Positions 10,333-21,631 are shown, counted from the stretch's first letter. The stretch: 64,000 bases of DNA from an uncultured delta proteobacterium (GCA_963789265.1 CAWBKB010000006.1:128001-192000); one strand, 5' to 3'. Program-made: numbers and translations. Notes: generated by a model not told the origin, from the sequence alone.

Positions 10333-10756
10333 TTCCTTCCTCCTGAATAGAGAGCGACGAAACTAAAAGCCGCCGCACTCAGTCAATAAAACTTAGCCCG
10401 GGTTGCAGAACCCGGAAAAGTCCGAACGTTCCAAAGATAGTCCGGGACAAAACACATACCTCTTGCAACCTGGGGTCGCGCATGGAAAAACCTCTTGCAG
10501 ACGCGTCATCGCTCGGACACAAGCCCACCGCAACGACTGTCACACCAGGCACGCCGACAGCCCTTGCTTGGCTATGCCCGCACTGACATCTGCGAAGCAG
10601 CCACACGCTCCCTCCCCTTGGCAGCACAGCTACACTTGTCTTTTGATACGTGTTCCAGAATGAACCTAACAGCCGATTGTTAGGAGCATGTTAAATTAAA
10701 ATTAAGATTTGCGCGAGTATATTTTTTTAGTATTAGAAGTGCAAGGCACCGACAAA

Positions 10757-10863
10757 GCCGGCGTCCCTGCCGGCGTTTCGCGAAAACCGGCACGGAGGCC
10801 GGTCCTGGATTCCCGCGTGCGCGGGAATGACGGCTACGGTACCAGAATACGAGACTGTATTTG
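10757..10863. repeat. Second copy of the about 110-bp REP-like repeat
   Basis: Reverse complement of 2179-2289. Confidence 0.85.
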
Positions 10864-11158
10864 CGAAATGGAGTACTTAGTGACACCATACCACTCTTTC
10901 TTTCCATGCCCTAATGAGACTTCGATCAATTTGAGAAATGCTCTTGGCGGCAAACAGCAGGCCATACTCTCACCATGCCGATTACTTTTTCGGAAATCTC
11001 GTCCAAATCAGGCCGGCCGGGCCCCCTGAGTGTTACCCGAGCGGCACGATTCCGTGCATCAAAATAGTTTTGTGACGTTTCGTCTTGCCTGTCGATCATA
11101 AGATGACAGGAAGATGCCTGTCCCACTACTTCTGCCCGAAAGATGAATGAGAGCACTT

Positions 11159-11409
11159 ATACCGATTAGCTTTCAAACAAGTGACACCGTGTTCCTGGTA
11201 GGGGCGGGTTTCAAACCGGTGCTTACATGTCGTCATGCCTGCGTACGCGGGCATCAATTGTAGGGGCAGACCTATGTGTCTGCCCCGGGCGGACACGCGG
11301 GTCCGCCCCTACATAGCCCGGATCGAAGTCCGGGGTGATCCCGCGGAACGCGGGACTGCCCCACCATATCGTCGCGGGGATTGTCACTTGTTTGATGGCG
11401 CACTGGTAT
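11159..11409. mobile_element. About 250-bp MITE-like element (copy at 48702-48935)
   Basis: Ends ataccgattagctttcaaacaagtgaca / tgtcacttgtttgatggcgcactggtat; internal gtaggggc REP-like units. Confidence 0.8.
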
Positions 11410-11557
11410 TAGTGAACACAGTACTGCCGGACAACGCTTCGTCCTCCGGCGCGCCGGGGTCGCAATAATAATCCGTCTCTAGATGAGAATGATGGTTTAC
11501 GTTACCTCCGCGCTCCACCTTGCAGAAAAGGTTACAACTCTTTAGAATTCGGTGCTT

Positions 11558-11941
11558 ATGGACGTGAGAACCTACATTAGACCCGCGGACTGGGCCCTTT
11601 TCGGTCCTCTGCTGCTCATAGCAGTCCTGTCCTTTTTCCTCATTCCCCATTGGCTGGCAATCCAAGCAACCGAAGTAGAAGTGCTTTCAGACAACAAGCT
11701 CCTGGGCACGTATCCGCTCGATCGGGATAGGCGTATCGAGGCCCCGGGTCCGCTCGGAATCACCGTCGTGGTAATAAAGAAAGGGAGTGTTCACATTCAG
11801 TCTTCGCCGTGCCCCCACAAAGTTTGCATGGCAATGGGAGAGATCGGGAGCAAAGGAGGAATCCTGGTTTGTATCCCCAATAAGATCGTCGTAAAAGTCG
11901 GAAATGGACGACACAACGCTTTGGATGCGGTCAGCCGATGA
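11558..11941 (+). CDS. NusG domain II-containing (DUF1312) protein
   Basis: N-terminal TM helix; GPLG..SPCPHKVC..G.I..LVCIPNKI signature. Confidence 0.85.
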   Translation: MDVRTYIRPADWALFGPLLLIAVLSFFLIPHWLAIQATEVEVLSDNKLLGTYPLDRDRRIEAPGPLGITVVVIKKGSVHIQSSPCPHKVCMAMGEIGSKGGILVCIPNKIVVKVGNGRHNALDAVSR

Positions 11942-12459
11942 CGGATCGTGTATTGAAATTATCCAGATTGGCGCTGCTTCTTGCTCTTGCTACCGTCATA
12001 CACACGGCGGAGTCTTTTCTTCCCGTAACCGTGGTCTGGTTCAGGTTCGGCTTCGCCAATATAATAGGACTTGCCACGCTTTACCTCTTCGGGTTCAAGG
12101 ATGCGCTATTCATAACGCTGGGGCGGATCTTTCTCGGGTCGCTGGCCACAGGTCTCTTCGGGTCACCGGCATTTCTCCTGTCCCTCGCAGGCGGCCTTTC
12201 CGCGATTCTGACGATGGGTTTGGCTTACAGATTGGGATCGCGCTTCTTCTCTGAGATAGGCATCAGCCTCATAGGAGCGGTGGCGCACAATTCAGCTCAG
12301 CTTGTGGTAGCCTACTTTATATTGGTGAGGAATCGAGGGATCTTTCTGCTCTTTCCCATGATGCTCGTGGCCGCTATAGTCACGGGCTTCCTCAACGGGC
12401 TAGCCGCGCGGTTTTTCATCAGACATTTCAAAAAGATCTCGGCCGTCAGTACCCCATGA
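11938..12459 (+). CDS. Gx transporter family (heptaprenyl diphosphate synthase component I-like) membrane protein
   Basis: ESFLP..FRFGFANI, SLAGG and ISLIGAVAHN motifs; ATGA overlap with the DUF1312 gene. Confidence 0.85.
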   Translation: MTDRVLKLSRLALLLALATVIHTAESFLPVTVVWFRFGFANIIGLATLYLFGFKDALFITLGRIFLGSLATGLFGSPAFLLSLAGGLSAILTMGLAYRLGSRFFSEIGISLIGAVAHNSAQLVVAYFILVRNRGIFLLFPMMLVAAIVTGFLNGLAARFFIRHFKKISAVSTP

Positions 12460-13656
12460 GGCCACAGCAGCGGGTGCAAACGGGCATCAGACCTTTTTCG
12501 GATATGCTCTTGCGGAACTTGCGGTACGGTTCGGAATTCCAAAGCTCGGTGATTGTCTTCTCCTTGACGTTTCCGACAACAAAATCGTGGTAATCCCGGC
12601 ATGGGGACATGTCTCCGTTGGAATTGATCTCCACGGCTGAGAATATTGAAACGCAGCGGTCGAAACCAAAGCGGCAATCGTGATCTGTATAATAAGTTTC
12701 CAGCTCGCCTGCATCGGTAAGGGGCGGCATTATGATCACAGCCGGCCCGGAAAGACTACCGGCGCGGTCACTGATGCGCTTTAACTGATCGGACAGCACC
12801 CCGTAGTCCGGCGGCCTCCAGTTGCCGATCCAGCCGAAATGCTTTTCCGGCCGGAACCCGAATCGTTCCTCGAAATCTTCGGCGTGCCTCTGCGCGGAAG
12901 CCTCATCTATCCACCATGCCAGATAAAAGACGGAGAAGTCGACTTTGTCCCGAAAGACCTCGTAAATATCCACAAGGCGATTGTAGTTGACGTTGTTTAT
13001 CGTGGTAAGCGCGGCAATCAAGGGGAGACGTTGTTTCTTGTCCTTCCTGATTTCGGTTATCGTGTCGATGGCCCTGGTAATGGTCGCGAAGTTGTCCACG
13101 CTCGCGCTCGCGCCCGGACGGCTGGCATTGTGCGTTTGCGCATCCGGGCCGTCCACGGAGATCTGAATCACAAACATCGGTGCCGAGACGAGGCGTTCCG
13201 CGTGTTCCACCAGGCCCGTTCCGTTGGTAGCGATAAAGGGCGGCATCCCCAGGCGGGCGGCTTCCTCGATGATATCCACTGACCCCTTGTAGAGCATCGG
13301 TTCGCCGCCCCAAAGGTAAACAGACGGTGTGTGCCCGTTTTCTTTGAGGTCGCGGAGCAGATCCAGGTAGCGTTGGGGGGTGACTTCCTGGTTCTGAGTT
13401 CCTTCAGGGAGCAGGAGCGCAGGAACCCCTTGTCGCCCCACTGGCCGCAGGTGTGGCATCGAAGGTTACAGACGTCGGTGATGCGAATGCTGCACTGTCG
13501 AATTTTATTGCCTGTGCCTTGTTCCGAACGAGGGGACAGATAGCGAAGGAATTTGTCCACCTGAACCATGGCAATACTCTTCGCGTACCTGGGGCTTTCC
13601 AGGATCTTAGGGGCAGTCTTTAATATTGTGGAAATGGGTACCCAGCTTTGACTCAT
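12446..13656 (-). pseudogene. Radical SAM/SPASM protein, frameshifted near 13392 (likely sequencing indel)
   Basis: CNLRCHTC in ORF 13168-13656; WGGEP, ATNG and SPASM Cys residues in ORF 12446-13459; adding one A restores ..LKELRNQEVTPQ.. Confidence 0.85.
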
Positions 13657-13823
13657 GGCTTACAAGCTCTCCATAAAATGATCGAGCATCATACACAATT
13701 TGGACGGGTTAGGGAACACTGGAGGCATCCAAAGTGCTTAACCTTGTTAGAAGCTTGTGTCCCGAGTGCCAGGGACAAGCTCACAACACACGAAGCTGGC
13801 GGTGTGTCGCTCTCGCGCCGTTC

Positions 13824-14066
13824 TATAGCGCTTCTCGAAAGTTTCGACGGATTCCCGCTTACGCAATGCCGTGAGAAGTGGTTATGCCCTTTGTTGGTGG
13901 GACAGGCTTCCAGCCTGTCGTTGACGGACGGGCAGGATGCCCGTCGCCACCAAGTCATGTAATCATTCACTTACGTGCGGCACGAGAAAGGCAGACCAAT
14001 TCATTGGGTTCTGAAGCTCCTAAGTCATTTTCTTTTTCCGTGATTACTTTAGAGAATGGCTCTATA
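13824..14066. mobile_element. Degenerate TA-ended MITE with ggtgggacaggcttccagcctgtc REP-like unit
   Basis: Ends tatagcgcttctcgaaagt / actttagagaatggctctata; related element at about 24608-24784. Confidence 0.55.
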
Positions 14067-14218
14067 CTGCCTCTAGCCGACACGGCACGTATCTGTCGAG
14101 TGCGGTGCCGGCCAGACGATCCCTGTTGGTGTTTTTCGTAAGGCAATTCGCGTGGGCTCCGTGGGCCTTGCCTTGATAAACGGCTGTACCCAGCCGGCTT
14201 CCTTACCAGGATCTCTTG

Positions 14219-14707
14219 TCAGCCCTGCCAGGATTCCTTGTCGGCCCTGGCTTCAGGTATTTGTTGCACTTTTTCAGAGAGCCATCCGATGCGCTCCGCG
14301 CTGCGAATGTCAATCTCCGGGATGTAGGGCTTCACGTCAAGTAGCGGAGTCTCGTCCAGGATGTCCATGTCTTCGACGTACAGAGTCGATCCTTCCACGC
14401 GTACAAGTCTCACAATTGATAGTCCGATGGAGTTGGGGCGTTTAGGCGCACGGGTAGCAAAGACACCCCTGAGTTGGGTATCCAGGAAAGGTTTAACTTC
14501 GAGAGCGTACCCTGTGGACTGATGGAAATGATAAACCAAGATAATGTGTGAAAAGCCGGAGAGATCTTTGAGCCCTGGTGCGAATTCGGAGTCAAATTCC
14601 ACGGTTCCGGCGGTACCGATAGCACCTGAAGGTTGGATGGGCATCCCTTCAAGTTCTTTGAAGGGGGATCGAATTACTCCTATGGGTTTGTAGGTAATTG
14701 CTTCCAT
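14219..14707 (-). CDS. tsaA: tRNA (N6-threonylcarbamoyladenosine(37)-N6)-methyltransferase TrmO/TsaA
   Basis: PIGVIRSPF, GFSHI..YHFH, GVFATRAPKRPNSIGLS and TPLLDVKPY motifs. Confidence 0.92.
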   Translation of the reverse strand: MEAITYKPIGVIRSPFKELEGMPIQPSGAIGTAGTVEFDSEFAPGLKDLSGFSHIILVYHFHQSTGYALEVKPFLDTQLRGVFATRAPKRPNSIGLSIVRLVRVEGSTLYVEDMDILDETPLLDVKPYIPEIDIRSAERIGWLSEKVQQIPEARADKESWQG

Positions 14708-14777
14708 TATGATACCGTACATCTCCTTTCCCGTACATCGCTCAGGTACAAGATGCCTTGGCCGGCCGCAGCGCCGA

Positions 14778-17132
14778 CTATATTTCCCCGGCCATCTTCA
14801 TAGCCCTCTCCGCTAAAGCCGTGGATTGAATATTTATTCCTACTCTCAGCGCCATCAGGCCCTGCACGCCCGGAAGATCATCGAGTTCCAATGATTCAAT
14901 TCCGTCTTCCAGGTATCCCTGGCCCTTAAGAAAATCAATGTGATGTACCAATTCCTGATACTCCTTGGGCCTTGAATATACAATGGCGATTTTCCCCGGC
15001 TGGGTCAGTCTTTCATTCCGGTCTTTGACCATGGCTTTGTCGATTCTTGAGCGGATGATCTCATGCCCTATGTCATAAGCTCCATCCACATCGAAGCGTT
15101 TTTCATCAAACCGGAATCTTATGGACACAGGGTTGTGATTGACCAGTATGAGGTGAGTTGCCTGCAAGGGGACCTTCAAGGATTTCTGTACGTTTTCCGC
15201 GTGCCAGGCGATGCCGCAAGCAACCATGAGCTGCCAGAAGCGTAGATTTTTCACGAAAAGAGGATCGAAGTCGCGTCTCTCCACCATGGAGGCTCCGACA
15301 TAGATCACGTAATCCACTCCGTCAGTCTGATGCTTGTTGAAATAGTGTGGAAACATGGCCTGTGCCTCAGCTTCTTCCGCGCCGAGATATGCGGAAATCC
15401 GCTGGTTAAATGCCGAAATACTTCGCTCAAAATCCCGCCGTTCACGATATACCATACCCACTGTGGGATCCATTGCCTTCCCGTAGGCATCGATGCGATC
15501 CGCGACCTCAGGCCCAAATTGCCGCAACATGGGAAATAACGGTTCCAACTCGCTGCGAAGGAATTTCAGGATCGACGTCTGGTCTCCGGTCCCAAGGCCA
15601 TTGCGAATCATCTCCAAGTTTCGCTCGGTTCGATATGATACCTCACTTAGAATGGGAAGAGATCTTGCTTTTAAGGCGGACTGGACAACTTGAAGAGCCA
15701 GGTCGAGGTGTTCGATAAGATCCGACTGAATGGCCAGGCTTCGAGCCTGGGAAGAACCCCGTACGTCCGATGCTCCGTACAAGGGATACACATCTCTGAA
15801 GACTATGGGGTCCAGTTCCGATGACTTCCCGCTAGCCAGCCGCTCCAGATGGCTAAGAGCGGCCTCTCGGAACCGCCACTCTACTGACGGATGCACTGCC
15901 GTGCATTTTTCCTTAATAACGGCCTCGACGTTGTTTTCAAGCTCATCAAGGGATCTTTTCAGGGCCATAGAGAATAAAGGAAGGATTTGGCTCAGAACCA
16001 ACTCGTCCCCAGTCCCGAAATCATCCGGATAGGGAGAACTCAGATCCAAAGACCCGATGAGCTGTTCCTGGAACCTCAGGGGCGCAATCATCATGGATCG
16101 AATGCCAAACTCCAGGAGGTCCTTGTGCACGCTCGAGCATGCCGCCTCCTCGGCCAGATCCCGAACGATCAAGACGCCGTCGCCTTCCGAGGCCCGGTGG
16201 AATACCGATCCCTTAAATTCACTCATGGGCAGGTGCCGCGAATCAGAAAAGATGCAACTGTTGGTCAGTTCGCAGCCGTTGTTGAGCAGTAGCACTTCAT
16301 TGTTCTTGAGGGATGCCAGCCCAACCATCAAATGAGGTCGAAGGAAGAGAGTCCTGAGCCTATCCTGTAATCTCAAGAATCCTCTCTGCGAGGCGATGGA
16401 ACCCTTGTCAATAAGATCTCTTTCCAGCCCGGAGACAACCTCGGACATGGTTACGTCCACAGCCTGGATCACCGTGAATCCGTGAAACTCGAAATTCTCC
16501 GGTGGGAAAAATTGCTGCAACACTTCCGGCTCCTCGAGATGCTGCATGACCGTCGCCAGGTCCCGATCCGTTAGGCTTGGCGGCGAACCAACTGTGCGCA
16601 CCTCGACGAAACGAAGATCGGGCCGAAACCGGAAATGCCTCTCCAAGCCGGTATCCGGATCTTCCACAATCCGAATCAGCGGATAGTCCAAGTCTTTGTC
16701 AACGTTGTAATATCTTCGCAGGATCAAAAGGAAAAACCTGATTTGCCTGGCCCTGACAACCTTATCCCATTCATCCGGGATTCTCCCGCGGAAAGATCCA
16801 TCCTCATTGAGGAGCAGACGCTGAAACATTGGGCTAACGAACGCGGGCCGAAGCGTGAAGGGAGTCAGGGCCCCCATAAGCTCAGTTTCCCAGAACGCGG
16901 CGGGGAAGATCGCGCTCATAACGATCTTGACGAGTTCATGGTGAGTTTCCAGAACGGAGAAATCCTCCAGGGGCTCTAGAAGCTCCGGCGCTTGAGCAAG
17001 ACCTGTTTGGATAACTTCCAGAATCTTTGTCCTGCACGAGTCGGAACAGGTCATTTCCCGAGTCCAGTAGTCAACGAGAGGCTTTAAACTAAACACACAG
17101 CGATAAGCAGTATCTTGGCGGTAATCGTCCAT
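14778..17132 (-). CDS. GAF domain-containing conserved protein (784 aa)
   Basis: Central GAF (GIRSMMIAPL..LIGSLDL) and C-terminal HPSVEWRF, TDGVDY and KRFDVDGAY blocks. Confidence 0.7.
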   Translation of the reverse strand: MDDYRQDTAYRCVFSLKPLVDYWTREMTCSDSCRTKILEVIQTGLAQAPELLEPLEDFSVLETHHELVKIVMSAIFPAAFWETELMGALTPFTLRPAFVSPMFQRLLLNEDGSFRGRIPDEWDKVVRARQIRFFLLILRRYYNVDKDLDYPLIRIVEDPDTGLERHFRFRPDLRFVEVRTVGSPPSLTDRDLATVMQHLEEPEVLQQFFPPENFEFHGFTVIQAVDVTMSEVVSGLERDLIDKGSIASQRGFLRLQDRLRTLFLRPHLMVGLASLKNNEVLLLNNGCELTNSCIFSDSRHLPMSEFKGSVFHRASEGDGVLIVRDLAEEAACSSVHKDLLEFGIRSMMIAPLRFQEQLIGSLDLSSPYPDDFGTGDELVLSQILPLFSMALKRSLDELENNVEAVIKEKCTAVHPSVEWRFREAALSHLERLASGKSSELDPIVFRDVYPLYGASDVRGSSQARSLAIQSDLIEHLDLALQVVQSALKARSLPILSEVSYRTERNLEMIRNGLGTGDQTSILKFLRSELEPLFPMLRQFGPEVADRIDAYGKAMDPTVGMVYRERRDFERSISAFNQRISAYLGAEEAEAQAMFPHYFNKHQTDGVDYVIYVGASMVERRDFDPLFVKNLRFWQLMVACGIAWHAENVQKSLKVPLQATHLILVNHNPVSIRFRFDEKRFDVDGAYDIGHEIIRSRIDKAMVKDRNERLTQPGKIAIVYSRPKEYQELVHHIDFLKGQGYLEDGIESLELDDLPGVQGLMALRVGINIQSTALAERAMKMAGEI

Positions 17133-17508
17133 TGTTCACCTCCAGCGAAGGAGCTGTACGGCGTTTCGCAATTGATCGGAAATATTTTCGGATCGATAGA
17201 TAAATTATACCAGCGTATGCCTAAACAAGTAATACCAGGCTGTGGTTTTCCGAAAATAGAGATTGACAGACCGAAGGAGATCCAGCCCATAGGCGTTGGG
17301 ATAGAGCTGGTTACCCGGTCGTGGGTACCCCGGATGGCTTCCAGGCCACAAAAGTCTCCTTTTTGTAAATAGGGCTTTAGCGTCTTGTGTTTTCTTATCT
17401 GCGTGAATCTGCGCAATCTGTGGAACAGAAGAAATCCGCAGATGTCACAGATGGTCGCAGATTCAAAGGGCCGGCAAACGCATGCGATTATTTTCAAGGA
17501 GTTAGATA

Positions 17509-17545
17509 AAAATCCCCCTCGCCCCCCTTTATGAAAGGGGGGAAA
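17509..17545. repeat. aaatccccc..ccccttt..aaagggg REP-like unit (also about 54190-54230 and 63490-63575)
   Basis: Recurring palindromic ccccctttNNNaaaggggg unit. Confidence 0.65.
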
Positions 17546-17611
17546 GTCGTCAAGTAAACGCTTGTACGAAGGGGGACCCGCTGTGCGTAAGGCTGAGTTA
17601 ATGTCTACGGA

Positions 17612-18784
17612 CTACAGCGTCGAGGCTATGACAATCCGCTGGATCTCGTTTGTCCCCTCGTAGATCTGCGTGATTTTTGCGTCGCGCATAAACCTTTCCA
17701 CCGGGTACTCTGTGATGTAGCCATATCCACCAAGCACTTGAACCGCTTCAACAGTGGTCCACATGGCAACATCCGAACAGAATGCTTTGGACATGGATGA
17801 GTGTCGAATAATCTCCGGCGGCACGCGGGAGAGGTCCTTGGGCACGTGAGCGTCCAATAGAGCGCATGTTTTATGGAGCAGTTGCCGCGCGGCGGTAACT
17901 TTCATGGCCATGTCGGCCAGTTTGAATGAGATGCCCTGATGCGAGATGATAGGTTTGCCGAAAGATTCCCGCTCCTTCGCGTACGCGGTTGCGTATTCAA
18001 ACGCGCCCGCCGCTATCCCGAGAGCCTGAGCTGCGACCGATGGCCGGCTGAAATCGAGGGTCTTCATCATGATGTGAAAACCGTCCCCCTCTTGACCCAG
18101 AAGATTCTCAACAGGGACTTCGACTTCATCGAAAACCAACTCGCTGGTGTCCGAGCAACGAATGCCGAGCTTGCTCTCCTTCTTACCTACGGTGAAGCCG
18201 GGCATTCCCTTCTCGACGATAAATACACTGGCCCCCTTGTAGGGCTTCACATCGGGATCGGTCACCGCATACACACTGAAAGTGTCGGCGACTCCCCCGT
18301 TGGTGATGAATATCTTCGAGCCGTTCAGAATATACTTATCTCCTTTCCGCACGGCCCGCGTCCTGAGTGCGGCAACATCGGAACCGCCTCTAGCTTCTGT
18401 GAGCCCAAACGCCGCAACTTTTTCGCCCGTTGACAGAGGGGTCAGGTACTTCTCTTTTTGCTCGTGATTTCCTGCAAGAATTATCGGGAGGGCGCCGAGT
18501 TCCTGGCATGATGGTATAAGAGCCACGGAAGCGTCAACTTTCGCCAATTCCTCCACGGCGATGCAATGAGCTATCATGCCCGCCGCCATTCCTGCGTATT
18601 CACTGGGGAAATCTATTCCCATGAGGCCGTTTTCCTTCATGAGTTCGAGCATATCCCACGGGTACTCCCCTTTTTTGTCTCTCTCTTCGGCTCCCGGCGC
18701 GACTTTCTCTTTGGCCAGGCGCCGGACCATGTCCTGAAGCATTTTTTCTTCTTCGGTCAGGCCGAATCGTTCTATTTCTTCCAT
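17612..18784 (-). CDS. Acyl-CoA dehydrogenase
   Basis: AFGLTEARGGSD, NGSKIFITNG, LGGYGY..YPVERFMRDAK and IYEGTNEIQ motifs. Confidence 0.93.
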   Translation of the reverse strand: MEEIERFGLTEEEKMLQDMVRRLAKEKVAPGAEERDKKGEYPWDMLELMKENGLMGIDFPSEYAGMAAGMIAHCIAVEELAKVDASVALIPSCQELGALPIILAGNHEQKEKYLTPLSTGEKVAAFGLTEARGGSDVAALRTRAVRKGDKYILNGSKIFITNGGVADTFSVYAVTDPDVKPYKGASVFIVEKGMPGFTVGKKESKLGIRCSDTSELVFDEVEVPVENLLGQEGDGFHIMMKTLDFSRPSVAAQALGIAAGAFEYATAYAKERESFGKPIISHQGISFKLADMAMKVTAARQLLHKTCALLDAHVPKDLSRVPPEIIRHSSMSKAFCSDVAMWTTVEAVQVLGGYGYITEYPVERFMRDAKITQIYEGTNEIQRIVIASTL

Positions 18785-18896
18785 CTCATCCTCCAGTTCA
18801 AAACTCTCATCGCCAAAGTATGCGGATTTCGGTCTCGGACCCCCCCGGCGCTTGGGACAGGCAAGCGCCACGGATGCGCCGGGCAAAAGATCCGAA

Positions 18897-19752
18897 TTAA
18901 CTGTAATCGTAAAAGCCCTTGCCGGACTTGCGACCCAAGCGCCCAGCTCGCACCATCTTCTTCAGTAGGGCCGGTGACCTATATTTGGGGTCGCCAAACT
19001 CTTCGTAAAGATGCTCTTGAACCATGAGCAACGTGTCCAATCCCACGAGGTCCGCCAGGGCCAGGGGACCCATAGGATGATTCGCACCCAACTTCATTCC
19101 TTCGTCTATTTCGGCGGCAGTTGCAAGTCCTTCCTGAAAGACGAATATAGCCTCTATAATCATGGGGACCAGTATCCGGTTCACCACGAACCCCGGAGCT
19201 TCCTGGACTTCAATTGCACTTTTCCCCATCTTTCCCGCCAATCCCTTGATTACTGCGACCGTCTGATCGGAAGTTGCTATACCGCGAATCACTTCAACCA
19301 GTTTCATCACAGGAACCGGATTGAAAAAGTGCATTCCGATGAAACGATCGGGCCGGGAAGTAACGGAAGCTAATTCGGTTATGCTTAGCCCCGAAGTGTT
19401 GCTTGCAAAGATGGTAGATTCTCTTGCCGCGCCATCCAACTCCTTGTACATGGTCTTCTTGAGGTCCATGTTTTCAATAACCGCTTCGATGACCACATCC
19501 ACTTCCTTTGCGGTATCTGTCAAAGATAAATATCCGGTGATGCGTGAACGTATCGCGTCCGCATCCGAAGCGGTCATCTTGCCTTTTTCCGCCATGCGTT
19601 GGAGGTTTTTTTCAATGTTTGAGATTCCCTTTTCGAGGAATCTCGTCTCCACATCCATCAGGTTGACTTCGGAAACCGCTCTGCGCAGCCACTTGGGCTA
19701 TACCGGCGCCCATCAACCCCGCTCCGATAACCCCTATCTTTTTGATGTCCAT
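18897..19752 (-). pseudogene. hbd: 3-hydroxybutyryl-CoA dehydrogenase, frameshifted near 19671 (likely sequencing indel)
   Basis: [14 protein letters not shown] in one frame; SNTSG, GMHFFNP and GANHPMGP in another; removing one C restores SGFEVNLMDV. Confidence 0.88.
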
Positions 19753-20022
19753 CGACCTTTCTCCCTTCACATGGGATTGAAATTGCAAAATCACGTGGTT
19801 CTTTTCGGCAGGAAACCAGGACGTAGAGTCCTTCCTCGGCTCTGACACGGCACGCCCAGCGGAAAAGGATCATGATCCCCCGCTTGCCGCTGCCCCTCAT
19901 CAATCTGTGAAAACGAGTAGGTTGGGCCTGCTGAACCAAACATTAAGTGCATATCAGAGACATAACGATTGGGCAAGCAATTCCGCTACCTTGATGCAAC
20001 CATTACTTACGGACGGAAAATT

Positions 20023-20107
20023 GTCATTGCGAGAAGCAAAGCGACGAAGCAATCTCAGTTCAGGACGCTCTCCAGAAATGAGATTGCTTCGCTTCACTCG
20101 CAATGAC
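20023..20107. repeat. gtcattgcgag-type REP inverted pair
   Basis: gtcattgcgag..gaagcaatctc ... gagattgcttc..ctcgcaatgac; also at 29335-29407 and 58982-59059. Confidence 0.85.
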
Positions 20108-20271
20108 ACCGGTTAGAACAGATCGATGACCAGGATAACTCAAAGGATACAGCTTCATTCCAACTTCGATGACAGAGATTACCAATTCATCGCACTACAC
20201 CCATGCAGCCATAAACAGAAATCTTCGACAAAATTCCAGAGGGGCGTCTTTCTTGGCGGGGCGTACGCCTA

Positions 20272-21606
20272 TCAAAGGCTCCCATACCTTTTCATCTTTC
20301 GCCAGAGAGTCGTCTTGTCAATACCCAGCTCAGTCGCGGTGGCTACTTTCCTCCCCCCGTTTCTCGCCAAGGCTTCCCCGATCACGCGGGCTTCAATTTC
20401 GGCTAGAGTCAAACCGGTTGCCAGAGCTTCTCCTTTGTCGCCGAGGTCTTTCAGTGCCGACGGGAGGTGACCAAGGCGTATGAGGCCCCCGTGGCAAAGT
20501 ATGAACGCATGCTCTACAGCGTTCTCCAACTCTCTGATGTTTCCAGGCCAGTTGTGACGCATAAAGGCGGCCAAGGCTTCTCGGGAAAGGCCCGCAATGT
20601 CTTTGCCTTTCAGCCGATTTAGGCGATCCACAAAATGCTGCGCAAGGAGCGGAACATCCTCGATTCTTTCCCGTAGAGGCGGCAACGGGAGCTTAAAAAC
20701 CTGCAACCGGTAATAAAGATCCTCACGGAACCCGCCCCCATGAACCATAGACTCGAGATCCTTGTTCGTCGCCGCAAGAATACGGGCATCGGAATTCAGA
20801 GTCTTGGTTCCTCCCAGAGGTTGAAAGCTCTTGTCCTGAAGTACCCGGAGCAGCCGGACTTGGAGTGCGGGGCTGACGTCTCCAATCTCGTCCAGAAAGA
20901 CCGTCCCGCCGTCAGCCTGCGCAAAACGGCCCGGTTTGTCCCGGGTCGCCCCGGTGAAGGCCCCCGCCTTATATCCGAATAGTTCGGATTCCAGAAGCGT
21001 GTCGGGAATGGCGCCACAGTTTACTACTACCAGAGGCTTGTTCCGGCGGGTTGACAGATTGTGGATCGCTTTTGCCATGAGCTCTTTGCCGGTGCCGCTT
21101 TCACCCTCGATCAAGATAGTGCTGTCGCTCCGCGCAACATCGGGCAATATGTTGAATATCTCCCGCATCTTCTGATTTCGGGAGATAATATCCTCAAAAC
21201 TAAAAGATTTTTCGACTTCCTTGCGAAGAGCTTCTACCAATGTCAGGTCGCGGAATGTTTCCACCCCTCCAAGTACCCGGCTACGCTCGTCCCTGAGCAC
21301 TGCTGTGCTGATGCTGATGGGTACTCGTTTGCCATCGGCCCTCACAATGAAAACCGCGTGATTCACCACCGGTTTGCCTGTGAGTATGGTTCGTTTCAAA
21401 GCGCAGTCAGCCTCGCATATTTCAGCGCGGAATACCTCGCAGCACGGCCTTCCGAGGGCTTCACGGACTGGAACCCCGGTTATCACCCGTGCGGCTCGAT
21501 TGAAGGATGTGATAATGAACTCATCGTCTACAGTGAATACACCATCTGCAATGGAGTTGAGAATCATTTTCATTTCAGCGGAATTGAGGTCTTTCCCCGA
21601 TGTCAT
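20272..21606 (-). CDS. PAS-domain sigma54-dependent Fis-family activator (OrpR-like)
   Basis: PAS with CCEVF..C..C, GESGTGKE, GAFTGA and Fis HTH; divergent from the NifB/NifX cluster. Confidence 0.92.
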   Translation of the reverse strand: MTSGKDLNSAEMKMILNSIADGVFTVDDEFIITSFNRAARVITGVPVREALGRPCCEVFRAEICEADCALKRTILTGKPVVNHAVFIVRADGKRVPISISTAVLRDERSRVLGGVETFRDLTLVEALRKEVEKSFSFEDIISRNQKMREIFNILPDVARSDSTILIEGESGTGKELMAKAIHNLSTRRNKPLVVVNCGAIPDTLLESELFGYKAGAFTGATRDKPGRFAQADGGTVFLDEIGDVSPALQVRLLRVLQDKSFQPLGGTKTLNSDARILAATNKDLESMVHGGGFREDLYYRLQVFKLPLPPLRERIEDVPLLAQHFVDRLNRLKGKDIAGLSREALAAFMRHNWPGNIRELENAVEHAFILCHGGLIRLGHLPSALKDLGDKGEALATGLTLAEIEARVIGEALARNGGRKVATATELGIDKTTLWRKMKRYGSL

Positions 21607-21631
21607 GTTGAACCCGGCTTGTTAGAGTTTA

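Noticed and set aside
19970..19995. GG-N10-GC sigma54-like site upstream of hbd
   Set aside because: Poor match at -24 (AGGTAG versus TGGCAC)
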